From assembly GCF_003704095.1 (NCBI RefSeq), contig NW_020847584.1, positions 186,001 through 250,000 on the forward strand: a DNA stretch of 64,000 nucleotides, given 5' to 3'. The notes beneath the pieces are model-generated. The model did no database searches, was not told the DNA's origin, and saw only the letters and a program-made list of their open reading frames with translations. Shown here piece after piece: positions 13,550 to 26,500 of this stretch; the stretch's first letter is position 1; each line of letters starts with the position of its first letter. The DNA comes from Pocillopora damicornis (Eukaryota). The translations under genes were made by a program, and so were the position numbers.

Positions 13550-16500
13550 TTAGTCATCTCCGCCAGCGGAACTTGGAGTTTTAAAATATAGCAAGAAATG
13601 ATTGATGAGGTCATTCATTGTATCAGCTTGCACACTCCTGAAAGAGAAGGTCTGGGAACGAATTGTGTTCAGGACCAAAAGGGGATCCAGATACATTCCT
13701 TTCCTGAATACAAAACAAAAAGTTAACGTGAGTCATCCAATAGTTTATTATTGAGAAAGCAACATTTTCATGTACATGTAACCTTTTCCAGCTGTTTGGC
13801 ATACGTTAGTCAGACAGTCATTCAGACAGTTAGTCAGTCAGTAAGTCTATTAGACAGTTGTTTCTTCGGTCAGTCAGACAGCTGGTCAAACGGTCAACTG
13901 TCCAACTTTTCACACCCCAACGCCGACAAATCGAGATCCTAAGCATTTTGGCGATAATTCGAAACCAATTGAAGTCTCAACCCTGCTAAACGACAAACTA
14001 GCCAGCTACTGGAACAACCTTACATAAAAGTTGTCCTGTAATTAAAACCTAGTTCAACAGAATAATCCAAAATGCCAAAGTTTCGAATTTGGTTTGCTTA
14101 AATTTAACTTTTTCTAGCAAAAATTAATGCAAGGTGTTTTCATATCAAGGATCTCATTTAAAAGGACTTTTCCTTTTCTAAATAGTAATAGCAGAGGGTT
14201 TGAGCTCTCATGTTAAAGCATAAGACTTCTGTACGTAATAAGTGCTGAATCTCAATGTGTGTAACCAAGAGATCCCTTCTGAATCCACTAAGCATTCTAC
14301 AGACCTTACACTTGTCGCTTTCTTGATTTGAGAGTATCCCATACTAAGTAAGGGAGGACTGTCAGGAGTTTCAGATGACAAAACTTGAAATCTTTTTGAA
14401 TTGAAGGCGATTTTGACGGCGACTTTTGGAAGTTTTGGCCCCGATGACACAAATCCATCGAAAATTCTTGAGAAATCTCTGAACCAATTGCTGGCTGCAT
14501 AACGTACGATGTCTTGTTGCACAACCTCTACATTAGATCTCTCTTGAACGCGGGAACTCTTCACAACGATAAAAATAAAGAGCAATTTTTATTTTGAATT
14601 TTTATGTTTATCACAATATCCACCATTACATCTAAAATTACTTTCCCTTTCCCTTTCCCTACAACATTCTTCATTTTATGAACTTTAAACGATAATGTTA
14701 TCTTTTATTACATCCATTTTGAAATCATTGGCAATCCTTGCAATCTTATCAGTGTGATTTACAAACGAATCGGATCTAATTTTAATTGCTCTAAATCGCA
14801 TCCTTTTCCCAGCCAATAAGAAAGCAGCACTAAATCGAAACAACCAATCAGATTTCAAGGCCCATTTATAGTAACCGTAAAATAGCCACAATAATCTTTG
14901 AAACCTTTTCCCCTGAAAACCTTTCTTCTTCTTTTTATTCTTCTTCATCCGTTTCCATTAAATTTACAATCCTCGTCATCAAAGTAATGCTCGCGATTGA
15001 ACTCCAAATCAATCTACAAGAACACACATGTATTGTGAACAGGAAACTTACCGCATAAAAAGCTGACTTGACGTTACTGACAAGTTCGTCCTCTGAACTG
15101 TTAGCAAGTACAAATGGCGGAAAAGAAGCTTGGATAACCTCACGGAGTAAGTTTTCTTGTAATTCGGGACCATTCTCTATATAGTACCGTTTAGCCACAA
15201 TTTTAATCATTTCCTGTTGCTGCAATTAAGAATGAAATAAGATCGGCTCTACAATTCACCAGCTATCTCAAAACGGTTTGTCGTTCGTACGAGTTGTGCT
15301 GCCGTAGGGGCATTGTGGCGGATGTCCTCTCTGGAGAAAAATATATTTGACGTGAACCTACGCCGCATACGAGCGGAATAGTAGGGTTGACGACCGGCGA
15401 TGGGTAACCTCCTCCTCGTAATAAATAGAACAAAAAAACCGTTTCGAAAACATCTGGGAAAGCCTCAGCCAAAAAAGAAAAGGAGGGATTCGGATTATGT
15501 TCATATCAGCAATGAGTACTCGGACATCCTTTTCCCGTTTGGTTCTTACCTCACAGATGTACTCCTCAGCACGGATCCCTCCGACAATCTGATGGTAGAT
15601 CAGATTAGTGGCCACTTTGTCAATGCTGATATTTTCCGTGGGTGCAAATAAATCTTTTCGAAAGAATAAGTGCCAAGCACCAGACTCATTTAGAGTCTTA
15701 GAGCATGCATACTGCTCAGCTAAGGAGACGGCATCTAAAACACTCTCATTTCCACAGCCCCAGTTGGCAACCTGCGACAAAAAATAACAATCAACGGTAA
15801 TGAACTACGTTTACACTTTCGATCAGGTCCCAATAGCATTTGATCGTAGACCTCGTCAACCTGTCTACAGCCGTTTTGTTTTGTTTTGTTCTGTTTCTTT
15901 TGGTTTTTTGGGCGACGAAGCGTGATTCCCGCTTGCGACACTGAGTGTTAGGCGTGATGGTGACTACTGAGCGGGCAGAAGGACAAATGATGTCCGTGGA
16001 CATTCTTGGAAAAAAGACGCTTTTCATGATTCTACCCACGTCATAACCTTACCTTAAACCTTGCCTTAAACACAAATGACTTGATCAATTTAATTTACAG
16101 TGTTTAAGATGTCTCGTTTTTACCAAAAACTTCTTAGCACTGGTCTAATCTATGATACCCGGCGAACCTAAAACTGTGAAGAAATGTGAAGGCCACTGTT
16201 AAGAAGCCTCGTTACGGCGTCTAACCTGATTCAATGCTTCAATGAAAACGGAAAATCCAAAGATGTCCTTCAGCCCCAGTTCCTCTTTGATAAGCTGGCA
16301 CAGTTCAGCGCAAGTTGTGGCAGGATCCACTTCAAATACCTTCCTTGTTCCATCCATGAATATTACTGGCAGAGTAAGGGATGACTGCGATTTGACGGCC
16401 TGTGAATTAGATACCGACATTCCGTAAACTTCCACATCTTAGGAACTAATCCATTAGTTTCGGTGTGTCACCATAGCCCACAGGTTGGAATGTATTTAGG

Positions 16501-19197
16501 CTGCAGGAGGTTATAAAATCTCGGCAGATATGAAAGTGGTGAAACTTTCATTTAGCGGACACTCCCAAGAGGTTAAACATACTAAACCGACCATTACCCT
16601 TCTGCTAACTTGTAAATGACATTTTAATAAACTGAACAAATCTGTTAATCGTTTAAGATATCCTTAAATACGAAAAATTCAAAGGTAATTTTCTTGGAGT
16701 GTACATTTGATAGGGGTGTCCACAAAATATTGCGATACATTACGAGCCATGCAGTAAAACAATAAAAACGGAAAGGAATTCACCGTCTTGATCACTCACC
16801 TCCAATTCAACAATTGTAGAAGGCTGTGTTCTTGAACCTATTTCAAGAGTTCTCTGAAGAATCGAGTAGCAATATTCTCCAAATTTACCGGGGCCTTGTT
16901 TTAGAAAGTTTCTGAGGTAATTCAGCAGCTAACAACGAAAAAATGATTAATTTAGTTTGCAGCAGGCGGAGGAAAATACAGAAAAAGCGATTACAGTGTC
17001 AAGACAGCACCTCATCCGAAGGCGGGAAAACGCCAACGCAAAGGGCCAATAGAATCCATCCTCGGGTATAGCTTGTTGGAGAACCATTGTTTATTAGTTG
17101 GCGGCAAATTTGGCAGTAGATTTCATCCCTGTAATTAGATTAAAATGATAAGGATGACAAGCAGCAAAAAGCGAAAACAGATTTTCGTCTTTCTTGCTTT
17201 CCTTTCTTAAACTGGGGATACACATGACAGGGTCTCATTGATAAGTCTACAGAAGCAGAAAAGAGTGAAAAATGGGGGTACTTCTTATTCAGTAGGAAAT
17301 AAAAACCGTTTAGTATGGCCCAACCCAATTAAAGTAAAATAGTTTCCTTTTAGTTTTTCAGCTCTGAATGTTGTGGTGACCATCGATTGAGCTGGAATTT
17401 TATTGCAAGTAAACATTTAGGAAAATAAACAAAAAGGCGAAAAAATCAACAAAAAAACAAAGCAAAACGCCTCCTCTACATATTGCTCACCTTAAAGTCT
17501 GTCTACGTATTCCAAAGCTGGTGATAAACTGTATTTTCTCAACGTTTGTTGTGGGACGATTCATCATGATTAAAGGTGGAATGTCGTGAGATGTAAAAGA
17601 CATCTGTTGGGTCTAAAAAATATGTATCAACATGATCTTAAGAATAAATCCAGATCGAAAAACTTAAAAAATCGGACAAGGCAATGAGTAGCTATTGGGA
17701 AACATAACAGGTCGCACTCAGCCACTACAAGTTTTTTGAATGAATACGTAGCTTGCAATTCTTTAGAAACTATTGCAACCAATCCTTTATTGACCAAGCT
17801 TGTTCGATGGTAGTCAAGCACATTTATTGTAACAAGTTCTCCAGCCATCGCTAGCTTTTTCGAAGTTTGTCGACTTAAAAAAAGGTAACAATCAATGATT
17901 TCTGTGGGTGTCGGGAACAATCCCCTTCACACCCGTTGAAAACAATCCATTGCCATCCGGTCAATCATATTGGTACATTGAGTGGGAAGCAGAGGGTTTC
18001 AACAAAACAAATTAAGATAATGGGGAGTATAGAGTCCTTTCCCTGGTGAAGTATAACCAAGAGATTATAAACTGTTTATATTCTCTTGGCATAACTGAGT
18101 GCTTGCTCCTTTTCACCTTCTCAGAGACAACCTTCCTCTTGAACGTGGTTCCTGATGCATAGGCTTTGTCAATTGGCTGTGGCGTCTCTTTTACTTCTGA
18201 AACCTTTAAAAAAACATGAAGTATTTCTTTTCTGCATATTATTTTACTGCTACTTTATAAGGGAGTATTGTGATACGGTACGAAAGAAATAAAATGTGCA
18301 TTACAGCAACAAGCAAGCTTTAATTCGCGACAAATAAATACCATAATGTCTTCTTCGTCGAATTTTGGTTCTCCCATATCCCTCATGAATCGCAATATGG
18401 CGACAGAAATTGCACAGGACGCCTTTGAAGTAAACGGGAAATAATAGTATGTCATCAAATAAATCATGGATAAACGAAAAGATTATGTAAAAATATCCAG
18501 TTTTATCACTTATATATGTGACCTTAATTTTCATTTGATTGATTTAGTTTTAATATTCTGACTGTAGCAAAATTTTCCGAAATGTGTTGACCAGCTGTGG
18601 AATTTCATACTACCATTTCTTACATTCGAGCCGAAGTCATTTGATTAACTCCAGAAAATTCTGATAACTGTACGCAACTCAACCAGTTTACTCCTCGGGC
18701 TAGAAACGTATCTCACGGTCACAACTGTGATATCTACTGGGTGCCATTTTAAAATGGAATCGCTATTGTTATTTTAACACATTTATATTCTGCCTAATGA
18801 TCGATTAGATCAAAATGGTACAAGTGATTGATATGCATTACAAGTAGAAATTGTTACCTTCCTGTCGTCGATATTGTTGCAGTGTAAAAGAGATGACGTA
18901 AGAGGTACTCTTGAGAACTGGCATATTTCTCCATTTTGAAAATTGCTTTTGGCAAAACTTAGAAAATCACAGCTTGACAAATCATCAGGTTCCTGCATTT
19001 TCTGTTTACCACAACAAATAAGAGAAAACAAAGACTGCGTTGTAAAACTGACGTCATTGGAATGGACTGATACAATTTACAAAATCAATCAATTGGAGAG
19101 AGCAAGCTAGCTGTAAATGTTATCATAAGTCTTAGGAAAGGCCTGAGCACAAGACTAATGGACACTGATTATTTCTGACCTGTCTGTGAGGTTCCAT
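13550..19197 (-). CDS. Motor-less myosin VII tail paralogue: stand-alone MyTH4-FERM protein (~556 aa)
   Basis: Exons 19180-19197 (MEPHRQ), 18858-19001, 18342-18422, 18117-18203, 17491-17612, 17011-17128 ([11 protein letters not shown]...[16 protein letters not shown]), 16800-16928, 16226-16399 (LPVIFMDGT...TTCAELC...GFSVF), 15550-15771 ([10 protein letters not shown]...[13 protein letters not shown]), 15052-15219, 14305-14558, 13550-13703 (stop TAA). All introns are GT-AG and the total is 1671 nt with no frameshift. Colinear with the first MyTH4-FERM of myosin VIIa, ending just before the SH3. The start codon is inferred. Confidence 0.85.
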
Positions 19198-20559
19198 CCT
19201 GTTTGGTCCTGTTGTTGAGGTGTGGAAAAAGATGCGTGTCTCACATTTTAACCAACACCTGAAAAAATTAGTTAATAAACGAACCAAAAAACTAATTTAA
19301 AAATCTTCGACATCTGATTCGTCAATTCCTATAAAAGTTTATAGAAAAAAAAAGTGTTTGCGAATCTTTTTAAACTAAACCTTGCTTGTTATGCTTCATT
19401 TGCTATAAACAAAATGGCTGCTCTTTAATCGCTGCTCCTGTATTGGAACTGTTTGGCCATTTAACCAAACGACTTAGAGCTTTTGTTTCATTTAAGGCGA
19501 TGGTCGTTATTTGAGATGACTCAAAGGCGACTAAGCTGTGTTAAAACAATCAGAGAATACATCTGCGTGTAATAAACAACGAGTTAAAATTCTTCAGGAA
19601 TTTTCTATGCTATAATTTTGTATGCAATAATTTCACAAATAATTCTTTAATTCCGCTATATTACCGTGTGACTAAGTTATCTTACCTGGATAAACGACTT
19701 TACTTCCTTTTCTACTCTTTGGTCGAAGTTGATACTTCTGTAAAGTTCAACTTCACATCAGCGACATAAGCATGTTATTGTGACAATCGGGGTTTGAGGC
19801 GTGAGCCTGTTCAGAATCACAAAGAATAAAATGCTTTAGCGGTCATGCAGAACAGAACATTCCGGAATAAATTTGGAGCCGTCACACGCTAATTAAAGAA
19901 CAATTCACTCTTAAAAGTAATAACAAAACCCATTTCTACTGCACTTACTTGATTCTTGAGACAGACATTTCTGAGACGGCACTGTATACCAGGAATGCCA
20001 CAGCAATTCCAGACCCTCCCGGGCCAATGTGTGAGAATAAGACAGTAATTCATTTCCAGCGCTGACTCCGAAGGCGGCCACCCCAGGATGTGGCTCACCC
20101 ACCCCCCAAATATTAAAAAATGCAAATATTCATTGCATTCCATTCACAAATAACAAACTGACCAAGAGAAACACTCCAATAATAATTGGGTGAACAGACG
20201 TTAGCAAAAAAGCATGTTTCTTTCTATTTTGATTTAATTCTCAACCAATTTGATCATATTCGCCTTCTAACTATGACCCTTTTGTGACCCTTTTGTGTAT
20301 TGGTCCAAACACCAGCTTTTAAAACTGGTCCGCTATTTTTGTAACTGATTCCGCATTGAATACAAAATGTACATTATTCACTCTGCTCAGTACTTAATGA
20401 TCAAAGATAGCTATTCGCGAATTATTCCTGCTGCCTTTTAAAGAAATTTCCATAGATCAAAATATCAGTGACATCATTCCCGAAAAAATGGCTGGCTAAC
20501 ATTGTTCAAAATATCATTGGCGTCATTTGCGAAAAATGAACGGCTAATGACGTGTGAAG

Positions 20560-20700
20560 GAAAGAAAACAGCAGAGAGATAAAAGGAAAGAAATAAAAAG
20601 CTTGGAAGAAAAAACTAAATAAAGAAAAGAAAGTAAGAAAGGAAAGAAGGAAGGACGAAAGAAGGGTAGAAAGAGGGAAAGGAGAATATAAGAAATCTAG
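20560..20700 (+). repeat. A/G-rich low-complexity tract in the divergent intergenic region
   Basis: AAAG/GAAG-rich run, directly visible. Confidence 0.7.
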
Positions 20701-23509
20701 AGGTCTTAACCGCTTTGTCAGTAGGAAACAGAGAAGTTAGAATTGACTTTTTAATATCTTTCTCTATTTCTTATTAACTCTCCTTTCATATCAGACAAGG
20801 AATTTTCTCTCCTGTTACTTAAACGTAGAATTCCGTCAACGAACCCTGAATACCAGGCGCTCTTCGAGTAGTTGAAAATCTCACAAGTCAACTCAACTCC
20901 CATCTTAAAAATTCACATTTTTTTCACTGATTGTATATTTTGGAATCAAATTTGTCACAAGATTAACAAGCTGTTTTATTGGGCACGAGTGGAGGCTTAT
21001 CTACACAACGGTAGGTCATATGTGGTCTTCATATTTAGAATAACCTGTAGAAATTATGTTTAATTAACGATTTGGAGGGCCTTTGGGGGAGGAATTCATT
21101 AATAGCTAAGTTTCTAAACTTACAGGCGACAGTGCAAACTACATGTGTCAAGATACAAAATAACACACAGGTATGTTTACAACTCAATCTTTAGCCAACC
21201 AATAAAGAACTCAGCCATGTAATTAATTTGATGCAAAGTGTCAAATTTGATTTTGATTATTGTATCCGTAATTTGTCGATCCATTAGCTCTGTGGTTCAT
21301 CTGTAGTTCATGATTTAAAGTTGATTTGGTTTATATACATGGCAGTTCAGCTGACGCATTTGTATTTTGTGTGGGTTTTTCTAGTAGGCTTGCAGTCGTC
21401 ATCAACACAGAAATCAGGTGAGAAGACTGTGATTTTTGCCATCAACCTAAGGATTCAAACTCTTTCTCTTTTTGCTGAGTCTAATCATAGTGCTCGTCAG
21501 TATTGCACGTCACTGCCAAAATTTTCCATATCTTGAGCAACTGTTTATATTCCCCTTAATTTGACCTCAGTAGGTGGTAATAATGAATACAAATGTCGCA
21601 AAGGAACCTAGTAAGAGCTGATAACCGTAATTCCATGTAAAATTACATGTTTTGTTGGCTTAACAAGCTGGTGTCCACCCCTCTAATCAAACCGAGGACT
21701 AACTAATGTTTAGTTCGAAAAGTAAAAAGCTGCACTATTTAAAAGTGGTTTCTTGGAATTAGTGATTTTTTGGAATTACTTTGACAAAATATGCTATTGT
21801 AAAAAATCGTTCTGAGTCGTATGTAACGTTCACCTGTAAAACCTGCCAACAAATCAAACAAGTTCAAGAATACTTTATGTTTTGCAAGTTGTTTTTCATT
21901 TCAAACGTAGCATTTATTTGACGAAAATTTCATGGTCCACTAAGGCTAATGACATGAAGATAATAATGAGAACAGCATTGTTGGTCATGTTTTGTGGTCA
22001 GCTTTAAGAGTACCATCAATAATTTATAAGACGAGGATTTCTAGGTATCGATTCAGTTGTTAGGTGCCAAATTAGACATATTTCCTGTGTAATCCTCCGG
22101 ATAAGTGTGTCTAATTTTAGAAACTTTTATACTTTGATTATCAAACCTAACAACTCTTTCGTCCTGTCCCTGTCGCCACTTTCTTGTTACTTAGTCGCTC
22201 TCCATGTACAGGTGTCATTGTTTTGTTCGGTCATTGTTCAAATCTTACGGCCGTTGTCGTTGTCGTCATTGTTTACTGGTTTCACAAATTCTGAAGAGAC
22301 TTTTGCTATTTTGTTTATCCGTTTTAAGACTAATGTTGACTGAAGCGTGCCTTTAATTGACATATCGAGTTCCCAAAGTTTCCGTCTCTTCACAATTTTA
22401 CCCCTCCCATTTTGATTTCATCTGAGTAGAGAGACGTTTTTTGGACAAAAAATTCGAATAGGAGAAAGGTTTAGTGGTGAATTTCTTCTCGTGGAGAGAA
22501 ATGTTCGTGATGGGGACGAACTTGAAGCAGGCGGCAGTGCAATTAAGCGAACTGACATCCGTAAACCGATGATAACAAATGGAGTTTAAAAGAAGTAGTG
22601 GAATGATAAGCAATTTATCAAAAGGTTTGGAGCACACAATCACTGACAAATTCATTTCGTGAAAAGACTCGTAACTAAACACTAAAATTAAGGTAATTAT
22701 AATCATCCCTTCTATGAAAATCATCCGAGGCCCATAAAACTCGGAAAGGTTTCGGATGTAACCAACAGATATTTGTTGTTTTGACTGTTCAGCTTGGTTC
22801 ATGTCTTGAAGTGTGTAGAAAAGGGAAAATATAGGGTAGGAGGGAAGGTATTCGATTCGTGGTTTTCGTTAAAGGAGGTTTACATAATCATTAGCGGAGA
22901 CGACTTTTGAAACAAAGAAAAAGAAAAACTTTGATCGGATTTTTAGGTGACAACGATAGATATTACTTCTAGTAGAAGTATTTGATAATTGGTAAAATGT
23001 CACACCCAAAGTGCGTCCTAAAATTTGGACTAACATACAGGTAAGCGATGAGATAAAATTCCTCCCCCTAAAACCTTTCAAGGAAAAGCTGAAATCTATT
23101 CTTATTGAAAAGTTTTTTCTTAGACATTTTTCTAATTTTAATTTGTTGTTATTCCTCTCGCTTTTATTTTTTTTTCTGCTTTTTGTGTTTTGGGTAGGTG
23201 TGTTTGAACGGCTGGTACCTGACCCTAACATAGTATCTATCAATTAAATACCTAAGAACGGCTGTCCTATCTTTCTAACCTTTTATGGTTATTAAGGACA
23301 GCCTGTACTCTCTGTGTAGTTTATAATTGCAGCAATCTACTTGTAACTCTTGAGGACAAAAAAAACTCATCGTTGTTCTTGTTTAAGTTACTTTTTCAAT
23401 CCTCTAATAGGAAATTTCTTACTCTTACTGGTTTTTCCGTATGTGAGAACTTAATCGTTGAAGTGGCTCGCTTAATGCGACTCCTGACAGATTTCTATTT
23501 CGTTTGTAG

Positions 23510-26500
23510 GAAAATTATGCAACTCACCGCTGGATATCATAATAGCTTTGGATGCGTCTGGTAGTGTGCTTAAAGGAAACTGGGATAAAAGCGTAGATTT
23601 TGCCTCGCAGCTCGGCAAGAAGTTACTTTCCTGGAATGCAAAAAGTCGCATAGGAGTCATTGACTTCAGTGAGATTGCTAATGAGGTTATTGAACCATCC
23701 AGCGACCAAAAGCTTTTGGAATGGAAGTTAAATAACCTGAAAAACAATTATCAAAACGGAATCACGAGAACAGAGTTAGCCCTGAAGAAGGCGGCTGAAA
23801 TATTTCAGCGAATCGACCGAACATTCGCGAAAAAACTGCTATTGATATTGACTGATGGTCAAACGACACCACTAAACTACAAGCAAGGAAAAGAACTAAT
23901 TCAGGAGCCTATGGCCAGCCTGAGAACCATAGGGGTACATGTGATTGCTGTAGGTGTTGGCATGTTGGTTGACAGTGAGGAGTTGAACATTATGGCCTCT
24001 GAACCGACAAATGAAAACGTAATTTATTTCCAGGATTATGATGTCCTAAATATGGTGGATTCAATAACTCGGGTCGTTTGTTTAGCAGAAGGTACAAAAC
24101 CAAGCGCTATACTTTGTTCTAAAATAAATTAGAGATATAGAAATTTGAAACAAAAATTCATCTTTTCAATTCTTGTTTTTTTTCTTGATAGATACTTATA
24201 TTGATTATAACTTGTAGCACAAAAGTAAAAAAGGGTAGCACATTATACAAATGAACTTTATGGTATTGATAACTGAATGATAATGATGATGTCTAATGAT
24301 GAAAAGAAGCTCTAATGCTAATAATTATCCCTATTTTATGATAAATCTTCGAGAACCCCTAACTTGTTTCAGAGCCCCAGTCCCCCGAGTCTCCAGTGCC
24401 GTATGTTGCTGCCGTCGAACCTGTCAGCTCAAGTAAGTATGCACATGCTTCTTTTAGATATAGAATTTAAACCAATGAAAGTAACAGTATCATAAAACTA
24501 CGGCAAAGCTCGACGATTTTTTTCAGAAAGTGAAGTCTTGAACTTACGTCATTTGTGTCACCCTCTGGATTATCTTACCATTTGATCTTGCTCATGTTGT
24601 TGTCTACGGTTTTCTTTGGAATCATAAGCCTCTCGCTTTCCTCTCCTGTTTGTACCGGCCGTGTTAACTATCATCTCTCAGTATAGACTGTACTCCTTAT
24701 TTTCCTATAATTCACTCCTATTGGCGTATATATGTCTATCATACTTTTTTTCGATTAGGCTGCGATTAAGCATCAACTCACTTTTCACACTTTCTCAGTA
24801 AACGACATATCCATACCAAATTTGCTCCAAAATCAATGAAGACGACGAGATCCCATCCCCTGCCACCCTTCGAGCGCCATATTAACATGAATTAAAATTC
24901 TTCGCGCGATAAATAATCGTTGTTTTCGTACTTGTTGTAATCTGTGAGTCTTTTTCCTCCAAGTATGCATGTTTCATTCACTAAATAAATTTTCCTAAAT
25001 TCATCTCCTATTTAACGGTGTTAATATTTTAACAAGAATATTCTAGGAATTTTTGGTCATAAAATTGGTTTTTCTTTTTCCTCTGATGTAACAGCATGTC
25101 CTGCTAAGTACACTAAAGTAGGCTGTTTTAAGGATGACATGAAACTCCCACGCCCTCTTCCAAAGTTGCTTTTCACCGACCGCGACTCAGCGACTAAGAA
25201 GTTTAGTGGTAAATCAGTCGACTGGCAGGACTGGAATTCTTACATTAACGACCTCGTCTGCCGTTGTGCAAAGGAAGCAAAAGTTCGCAATTATGCATAT
25301 TTCAGTATTCAGTTCTACGGTAAGTGACATAATCATCAACAGAATTGACACCAAGGTCTGACGCCAAATACAAAAAAGATGAGTCCTTGTAGGCCATGAA
25401 ACAAGCGAAATTTCGGGTAAAGTTTGGCGGTCTTGATAAAAACCCTTTGCTCGACATATGTTCCAAAATTGTATTAGCTTTTTAGTGAAAGCCTGTCGCT
25501 TGAAAACCTTTTCTTCGTGCTAAACTGGTTAATTCTTGTTCCAAAGTTTATTATTTCAAGAGTCATTAGAACTCAAACACGACATATTATTTCAACTTAA
25601 GGTTAAGTAACTTATTTTCTCTACAGGCGAGTGTTGGTCTGGTCCACAGGCGCAAGAGACGTACAACAGGGCTGGTGCCAAAAATACATGCATTACGAGT
25701 AATTTTGAGAAGTGCGATGTTTCTGATTCAAAGATATGCGTTGGAGAAAAGGAAACCAACTTCGTGTATGAAGTACAAAGAGCAGGTAACGTAAAACAGG
25801 ACATCTCAGTAAGAGCTAGGAGTATATAATTTTAACAGTTAAAATAACATCATGTTAACATGATGCTGAAAGCAAGAATCTCATTGCCGGTGATAGATTC
25901 ACACCAAGAGATTATTATATTCTTGGTTCCCACCAAATCTACTTCAGTGAAGAAAAATGGAGGGTAACCAAAATTAGACAAGGTAACACGCTCCTGGAGG
26001 ATCACCCTGAGCCTGCATAACAATTTGGTCACAGAACTGCTAATTCAAGTTCGGTCGTCTGCAACGGTAAGGATGTGTTGGCTAACAGTCTATCATGTTT
26101 TTGTCATAGTCACATATGTATACTTGTATGTCTGTCTGTCTGTTTCTGTAGTATGTATGTATGAATGTACGTATGTATCTATGTATGTATGTAGTGTCCA
26201 TTTTTAAACGATGTCTTACCTCAGTGGGAGGCTATTTGCCTTACGCACTTTTCTCTTTTTCTTGTTGGAAGAGGCTGAACCAATTATATGCATACATGTA
26301 TGTCTGTCTGTCTGTAGTATGCATATATGAATGTACGTCTGTATCTATGTATGTATGTAGTGTCCATTTTTAGACGATGTCTTACCTCAGTGGGAGGTTA
26401 TTTGCCTTACGCACTTTTCTCTTTTTCTTGTTTGAAGAGGCTGAGCCAACATGTGGAGTAGAATATCACAAACTCGGATGTTTCAAAGACAACAAAAAGG

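Noticed and set aside
13550-19197. These exons being the true tail of the adjacent myosin VII, or a PLEKHH-type gene
   Set aside because: They lie 5' of the myosin ATG with no N gap between, end in a stop before SH3, and look more diverged than the motor exons. No PH domains are present and the motifs follow myosin VII.
22398-23247. Long ORFs on both strands upstream of the gene A VWA exon
   Set aside because: AT-rich, with no recognisable domain and no consistent splice phases; probably intronic.
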